DNA of 44,826 nucleotides from a virus (Duplodnaviria; Heunggongvirae; Uroviricota; Caudoviricetes): IMG/VR virus record IMGVR_UViG_2718218398_000008; one strand, 5' to 3'. Shown piece by piece: positions 39,975 to 44,826 of this stretch (position 1 is its first letter; each line of letters starts with the position of its first letter). The notes under the pieces were generated by a model. It saw only the letters and a program-made list of their open reading frames with translations, ran no database searches and was not told where the DNA came from. The position numbers and the translations under genes were made by a program.

Positions 39975-40049
39975 TCCCCTTTCCTGTTTACCTAATCAGC
40001 CCGGCATTTCGCAGGCGATATTTTCACAGCCATTTTCAGGAGTTCAGCC

Positions 40050-40346
40050 ATGAACGCTTATTACATTCAGGATCGTCTTGAGGCTCAAAGCTGGGCGCGT
40101 CACTACCAGCAGATCGCCCGTGAAGAGAAAGAGGCAGAACTGGCAGACGACATGGAAAAAGGTCTTCCACAGCACCTGTTTGAATCACTCTGCATCGATC
40201 ATTTGCAACGCTGCGGGGCCAGCAAAAAAGCCATTACCCGTGCGTTTGATGACGATGTTGAGTTTCAGGAGCGCATGGCAGAACACATCCGGTACATGGT
40301 TGAAACCATTGCTCACCACCATGTTGATATTGATTCAGAGGTATAA
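40050..40346 (+). CDS. gam: Gam (RecBCD inhibitor), short GamS form
   Basis: [21 protein letters not shown]... near-identical to lambda GamS. Confidence 0.9.
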   Translation: MNAYYIQDRLEAQSWARHYQQIAREEKEAELADDMEKGLPQHLFESLCIDHLQRCGASKKAITRAFDDDVEFQERMAEHIRYMVETIAHHHVDIDSEV

Positions 40347-40351
40347 AACGG

Positions 40352-41137
40352 ATGAGTACAGCACTCGCAACGCTGGCTGGGAAGCTGGCTGAACGTGTCG
40401 GCATGGATTCTGTCGACCCACAGGAACTGATCACCACTCTTCGTCAGACGGCATTTAAAGGTGATGCCAGCGATGCGCAGTTCATCGCATTGCTGATCGT
40501 CGCCAACCAGTACGGCCTTAATCCGTGGACGAAAGAAATTTACGCCTTCCCTGATAAGCAGAACGGCATCGTTCCGGTGGTGGGCGTTGATGGCTGGTCC
40601 CGCATCATCAATGAAAACCAGCAGTTTGATGGCATGGACTTTGAGCAGGACAATGAATCATGTACGTGCCGGATTTACCGCAAAGACCGCAATCATCCGA
40701 TCTGCGTTACCGAATGGATGGATGAATGCCGCCGCGAACCATTCAAAACTCGCGAAGGCAGAGAAATCACGGGGCCGTGGCAGTCGCATCCCAAACGGAT
40801 GTTACGGCATAAAGCCATGATTCAGTGTGCCCGTCTGGCCTTCGGATTTGCTGGTATCTATGACAAGGATGAAGCCGAGCGCATTGTCGAAAATACTGCA
40901 TACACTGCGGAACGTCAGCCGGAACGCGACATCACTCCGGTTAACGATGAAACCATGCAGGAGATTAACACTCTGCTGATTGCCCTGGACAAAACATGGG
41001 ATGACGACTTATTGCCGCTCTGTTCCCAGATATTTCGCCGCGACATTCGCGCATCGTCAGAACTGACACAGGCCGAAGCAGTGAAAGCTCTTGGATTCCT
41101 GAAACAGAAAGCCACTGAGCAGAAGGTGGCAGCATGA
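40352..41137 (+). CDS. bet: Bet single-strand annealing recombinase
   Basis: Near-identical to lambda Bet, 261 aa. Confidence 0.95.
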   Translation: MSTALATLAGKLAERVGMDSVDPQELITTLRQTAFKGDASDAQFIALLIVANQYGLNPWTKEIYAFPDKQNGIVPVVGVDGWSRIINENQQFDGMDFEQDNESCTCRIYRKDRNHPICVTEWMDECRREPFKTREGREITGPWQSHPKRMLRHKAMIQCARLAFGFAGIYDKDEAERIVENTAYTAERQPERDITPVNDETMQEINTLLIALDKTWDDDLLPLCSQIFRRDIRASSELTQAEAVKALGFLKQKATEQKVAA

Positions 41138-41814
41138 CACCGGACATTATCCTGCAGCGTACCGGGATCGACGTGAGAGCTGTCGAACAGGGGGATGATG
41201 CATGGCACAAATTACGGCTCGGCGTCATCACCGCTTCAGAAGTTCACAACGTGATAGCAAAGCCCCGCTCAGGAAAGAAGTGGCCTGACATGAAAATGTC
41301 CTACTTCCACACCCTGCTGGCTGAGGTTTGCACCGGTGTGGCTCCGGAAGTTAATGCTAAGGCGCTGGCGTGGGGAAAACAGTACGAGAACGACGCCAGA
41401 ACCCTGTTTGAATTCACTTCCGGCGTGAATGTTACTGAATCCCCGATCATCTATCGCGACGAAAGTATGCGCACCGCCTGCTCTCCCGATGGTTTATGCA
41501 GTGACGGCAATGGCCTTGAGCTGAAATGCCCGTTTACCTCCCGGGATTTCATGAAGTTCCGGCTCGGTGGTTTCGAGGCCATAAAGTCGGCTTACATGGC
41601 CCAGGTGCAGTACAGCATGTGGGTGACACGAAAAGATGCCTGGTACTTTGCCAACTATGACCCACGAATGAAGCGTGAAGGCCTGCATTATGTCGTGGTT
41701 GAGCGGGATGAAAAGTACATGGCGAGTTTTGACGAGATGGTGCCGGAGTTCATCGAAAAAATGGACGAAGCACTGGCTGAAATTGGTTTTGTATTTGGAG
41801 AGCAATGGCGATGA
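41134..41814 (+). CDS. exo: Exo 5'-3' exonuclease
   Basis: Near-identical to lambda Exo, 226 aa. Confidence 0.95.
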   Translation: MTPDIILQRTGIDVRAVEQGDDAWHKLRLGVITASEVHNVIAKPRSGKKWPDMKMSYFHTLLAEVCTGVAPEVNAKALAWGKQYENDARTLFEFTSGVNVTESPIIYRDESMRTACSPDGLCSDGNGLELKCPFTSRDFMKFRLGGFEAIKSAYMAQVQYSMWVTRKDAWYFANYDPRMKREGLHYVVVERDEKYMASFDEMVPEFIEKMDEALAEIGFVFGEQWR

Positions 41815-41993
41815 CCCATCCTCACGATAATATCCGGGTAGGCGCGATCACTTTCGTCTACTCCGTTACAAAGCGAGGCTGGGTATTTCACGGTCTTTCT
41901 GTTATCCGAAATCCGCTGAAAGCCCAGCGGCTGGCTGAGGAGATAAATAATAAACGGGGGGCGGTATGCACAAAGCATCTCCTGTTGAGTTAA
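41805..41993 (+). CDS. small b-region protein, lambda orf60a-like
   Basis: Recalled similarity to lambda orf60a; position after exo. Confidence 0.55.
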   Translation: MAMTHPHDNIRVGAITFVYSVTKRGWVFHGLSVIRNPLKAQRLAEEINNKRGAVCTKHLLLS

Positions 41994-42157
41994 GAACGAG
42001 TATTGATTTGGCACATAGCCTTGCTCAAATTGGAGTCAGGTTTGTGCCAATACCAGCAGAAACAGACGAAGAATTTCATACGTTAGCCACATCCCTTTCA
42101 CAAAAGCTGGAAATGATGGTGGCGAAAGCAGAAGCAGATGAGAGAGACCAGGTATGA
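41966..42157 (+). CDS. small b-region protein, lambda orf63-like
   Basis: Recalled similarity to lambda orf63. Confidence 0.55.
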   Translation: MHKASPVELRTSIDLAHSLAQIGVRFVPIPAETDEEFHTLATSLSQKLEMMVAKAEADERDQV

Positions 42158-42167
42158 CAACCACTGA

Positions 42168-42449
42168 ATGCATTTTTCTGGCAGCGGGCTTCATATTCTG
42201 TGTGCTTATGCTTGCCGACATGGGGCTTGTTCAGTGACACCTCAGCAAGAAAATGCCCTTCGCAGCATTGCCCGTCAGGCTAATTCTGAAATCAAAAAAG
42301 TCAGACAGCAGTTTCCGGATAAAAACGTCAATGACATTTGCCGTAGCGTACTGAAGAAGCACCGCGAAACGGTAACGCTGAAGGGATTCACACCGACTCA
42401 TTTAAGCCTGGCAATCGGCATGTTAAACGGCGTCTTTAAGGAACGATGA
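42168..42449 (+). CDS. hypothetical small protein (true start may be a GTG near 42234)
   Basis: ORF track; lambda b-region-like synteny; a 27-codon hydrophobic mini-ORF overlaps its 5' end at ~42155. Confidence 0.45.
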   Translation: MHFSGSGLHILCAYACRHGACSVTPQQENALRSIARQANSEIKKVRQQFPDKNVNDICRSVLKKHRETVTLKGFTPTHLSLAIGMLNGVFKER

Positions 42450-42547
42450 ACATGAAAAGCAAAATTATCAGGGAGCTACAGGCTCCTTTTTTATTGTTCG
42501 CATTCACCCTCAAGCGTATTAACCAACAGTTCAGGGATTAATGAAAG

Positions 42548-42769
42548 ATGGCAGACATCATTGATTCAGCATCAGAAATAGAAGAATTACAGCGCAACAC
42601 AGCAATAAAAATGCGCCGCCTGAACTACCTGGCTGTATCTGCCACTCATTGTTGTGAGTGTGGCGATCCGATAGATGAACGAAGACGCCTGGCCGTTCAG
42701 GGTTGTCGGACTTGCGCCAGTTGCCAGCAAGATCTGGAGCTTATCCGCAAACAAAGGGGGATTAAGTGA
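42548..42769 (+). CDS. TraR/DksA-family C4 zinc-finger protein (lambda orf73-like)
   Basis: CxxC...CxxC motif (CCECGDPIDERRRLAVQGCRTCASC). Confidence 0.7.
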   Translation: MADIIDSASEIEELQRNTAIKMRRLNYLAVSATHCCECGDPIDERRRLAVQGCRTCASCQQDLELIRKQRGIK

Positions 42770-43095
42770 TGGCTAACCTGCAACTTGCTGTTAAAAGTGA
42801 ATACTTCGATGCCATGATTCGCGGAGAGAAAACGGAAGAGTATCGCTTGTGTAATGACTACTGGAATAAGCGAATTATGTTCCGGGAATATGACCGCCTG
42901 ATTATCACAAAGGGATATCCGAAGCGCGACGATTCCAGTCGCAGAATTGATGTTCCGTATGACGGATATGAAGTGAAGACAATCACACATCCGCACTTTG
43001 GCGATAAACCGGTAAAGGTGTTCGCTATAAAGGTGAATATCAGCACTGAATATCAATCCGCACAACACAAGGTCAAGAATGTTCAGAGTGATTGA
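42766..43095 (+). CDS. ASCH (PUA-like) domain protein, hypothetical
   Basis: GxKxxExR motif (RGEKTEEYR) typical of ASCH domains; 109 aa. Confidence 0.5.
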   Translation: MMANLQLAVKSEYFDAMIRGEKTEEYRLCNDYWNKRIMFREYDRLIITKGYPKRDDSSRRIDVPYDGYEVKTITHPHFGDKPVKVFAIKVNISTEYQSAQHKVKNVQSD

Positions 43096-43318
43096 CCCTA
43101 ACACCTGGTACGTCGACCACCACGGCACTCCCTGCAAAATCCTGCGTTCTACCCACAACAAAGTTCACTACATCCGAAAAGGCAGAACATGTATCGCCAG
43201 CATGTTCCGCTTTAATCATGACTTTGAACCTGTGAATAAAGCTGATGCAGATCGGATAGCAGAAGAGATCGAAACGGCAGAACACATTAAGAAGTTACGT
43301 GACATGCGCAGGAAATAG
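43079..43318 (+). CDS. hypothetical small protein
   Basis: ORF track, overlaps stop of preceding gene; no family recognised. Confidence 0.45.
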   Translation: MFRVIDPNTWYVDHHGTPCKILRSTHNKVHYIRKGRTCIASMFRFNHDFEPVNKADADRIAEEIETAEHIKKLRDMRRK

Positions 43319-43457
43319 AAAAATTGATAAATTCAATACTGCATTTCTCAGCATTAAATTTATCTCTATGACCAGTCAAGAGATGTACCTGCCATGAGCT
43401 TAATATCATGTCAGATATATCGGTCACAAACTCCCTCAGCAGCTAAGAGGAGGACAA

Positions 43458-43694
43458 ATGTCTCGACTAATCACTTTACAGGACTGGGCTAAAGAAGAAT
43501 TTGGGGACTTAGCACCAAGTGAGCGAGTTCTGAAAAAATACGCGCAAGGGAAAATGATGGCCCCACCCGCTATAAAAGTTGGTCGCTACTGGATGATTGA
43601 CCGAAATTCCCGTTTTGTAGGAACGCTTGCAGAACCGCAACTCCCAATAAACGCAAACCCAAAACTCCAAAGGATAATCGCTGATGGCTGCTAG
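43458..43694 (+). CDS. xis: excisionase-like protein
   Basis: Small basic protein directly upstream of and overlapping integrase start; strong GAGGAGG ribosome-binding site. Confidence 0.6.
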   Translation: MSRLITLQDWAKEEFGDLAPSERVLKKYAQGKMMAPPAIKVGRYWMIDRNSRFVGTLAEPQLPINANPKLQRIIADGC

Positions 43695-44826
43695 ACCCCG
43701 ATCTCACAAAATCTCTATACCCAATTTATATTGCAAATTAGATAAGCGAACCGGAAAGGTATATTGGCAATACAAACATCCACTATCCGGTCGTTTTCAT
43801 AGCTTAGGAACTGATGAGAATGAAGCAAAACAAGTTGCTACTGAAGCAAATACCATTATTGCTGAACAACGTACCAGACAAATATTAAGCGTCAATGAGC
43901 GTCTGGAAAGAATGAAAGGCAGGCGCTCAGACATTACGGTGACAGAATGGCTTGATAAATATATTTCTATCCAAGAGGACAGGCTGCAACATAATGAACT
44001 AAGACCCAACTCCTATCGGCAAAAAGGCAAACCCATTCGTCTTTTCCGTGAGCATTGTGGAATGCAACACCTCAAGGATATTACCGCACTTGATATTGCC
44101 GAAATAATTGATGCTGTAAAGGCTGAAGGTCATAACAGGATGGCGCAAGTCGTGAGAATGGTGTTGATCGACGTCTTCAAAGAAGCACAACACGCAGGAC
44201 ATGTTCCGCCAGGATTTAACCCAGCGCAGGCAACAAAACAACCGCGAAATCGAGTAAACCGCCAAAGATTGTCACTGCCCGAATGGCAGGCAATATTTGA
44301 CAGCGTAAGCAGACGGCAGCCCTATTTAAAATGCGGCATGCTACTTGCTCTTGTTACTGGACAACGTTTAGGCGATATCTGCAATTTGAAATTCTCTGAT
44401 ATATGGGACGACATGTTGCACATTACTCAGGAAAAAACCGGTTCAAAACTTGCTATTCCGCTTAACCTGAAATGCGATGCTCTGAATATTACCCTTCGTG
44501 AAGTTATATCTCAGTGCAGGGATGCTGTTGTTAGTAAATATCTGGTCCATTACCGTCACACTACCTCTCAAGCAAACAGAGGAGACCAGGTTTCTGCAAA
44601 TACTCTGACAACGGCTTTTAAAAAGGCCCGGGAAAAATGTGGCATAAAATGGGAGCAAGGAACTGCGCCCACATTTCATGAGCAGCGATCTCTGTCAGAA
44701 CGGTTATATCGGGAACAGGGTCTGGATACGCAAAAGTTGTTAGGCCATAAATCCAGAAAAATGACCGACCGATACAATGATGATCGTGGTAAAGACTGGA
44801 TTATCGTAGATATCAAAACAGCATAG
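43684..44826 (+). CDS. int: tyrosine site-specific integrase
   Basis: 380 aa, phage integrase family C-terminal catalytic region (...LLGHKSRKMTDRY...); stop is the last codon of the window. Confidence 0.9.
   Translation: MAARPRSHKISIPNLYCKLDKRTGKVYWQYKHPLSGRFHSLGTDENEAKQVATEANTIIAEQRTRQILSVNERLERMKGRRSDITVTEWLDKYISIQEDRLQHNELRPNSYRQKGKPIRLFREHCGMQHLKDITALDIAEIIDAVKAEGHNRMAQVVRMVLIDVFKEAQHAGHVPPGFNPAQATKQPRNRVNRQRLSLPEWQAIFDSVSRRQPYLKCGMLLALVTGQRLGDICNLKFSDIWDDMLHITQEKTGSKLAIPLNLKCDALNITLREVISQCRDAVVSKYLVHYRHTTSQANRGDQVSANTLTTAFKKAREKCGIKWEQGTAPTFHEQRSLSERLYREQGLDTQKLLGHKSRKMTDRYNDDRGKDWIIVDIKTA

Overview
This 44.8 kb window is almost entirely one lambda-like (lambdoid) prophage of an Escherichia/Enterobacteriaceae-type genome, lying inverted relative to the usual lambda map: side tail fibre genes at the window start, integrase at the window end, attachment sites outside the window. 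All calls rest on reading the supplied six-frame translations and on recalled protein families; no database search or computation was run, and hand-located sites (cos, iterons, IS ends, terminators, boxA) may be off by 1-3 bp. The minus strand carries a near-canonical lambda packaging/head/tail module (nu1, A, W, B, C/nu3, D, E, FI, FII, Z, U, V, G-T with the lambda-type GGGAAAG slippery site, H, M, L, K, I, J) followed by a side tail fibre gene and two small coupled ORFs. Upstream in the same direction are a YdaS/YdaT-type cro/cII region, replication genes O (with internal iterons) and P, a nin region (ninB, ninE, ybcO-like, rusA, ylcG), a Q-position regulator and a lysis cassette (holin, lambda-type R, Rz/Rz1). 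The plus strand carries a LexA-like (S24) cI repressor, lambda-type gam/bet/exo, small b-region genes, xis and a tyrosine integrase. Non-lambda cargo stands out in three places: (1) an ~8.6 kb island between P and ninB with a 1421-aa intimin/invasin-family inverse autotransporter containing three near-identical 357-bp tandem repeats, plus a lipoprotein alpha/beta-hydrolase split by an IS66-family element with 8-bp target duplications; (2) a cos-proximal cluster with Bor, a TonB-C-like lipoprotein, a secreted Cys-rich peptide and a 59-aa ORF; (3) the two small genes after the tail fibre gene. No N-type antiterminator ORF is found in the early-left operon although a boxA-like element sits downstream of cro. 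No CRISPR array, tRNA or recognisable large defence-system enzyme was seen; the most novel candidates are the prophage-borne adhesin island and the fibre-linked small gene pair.
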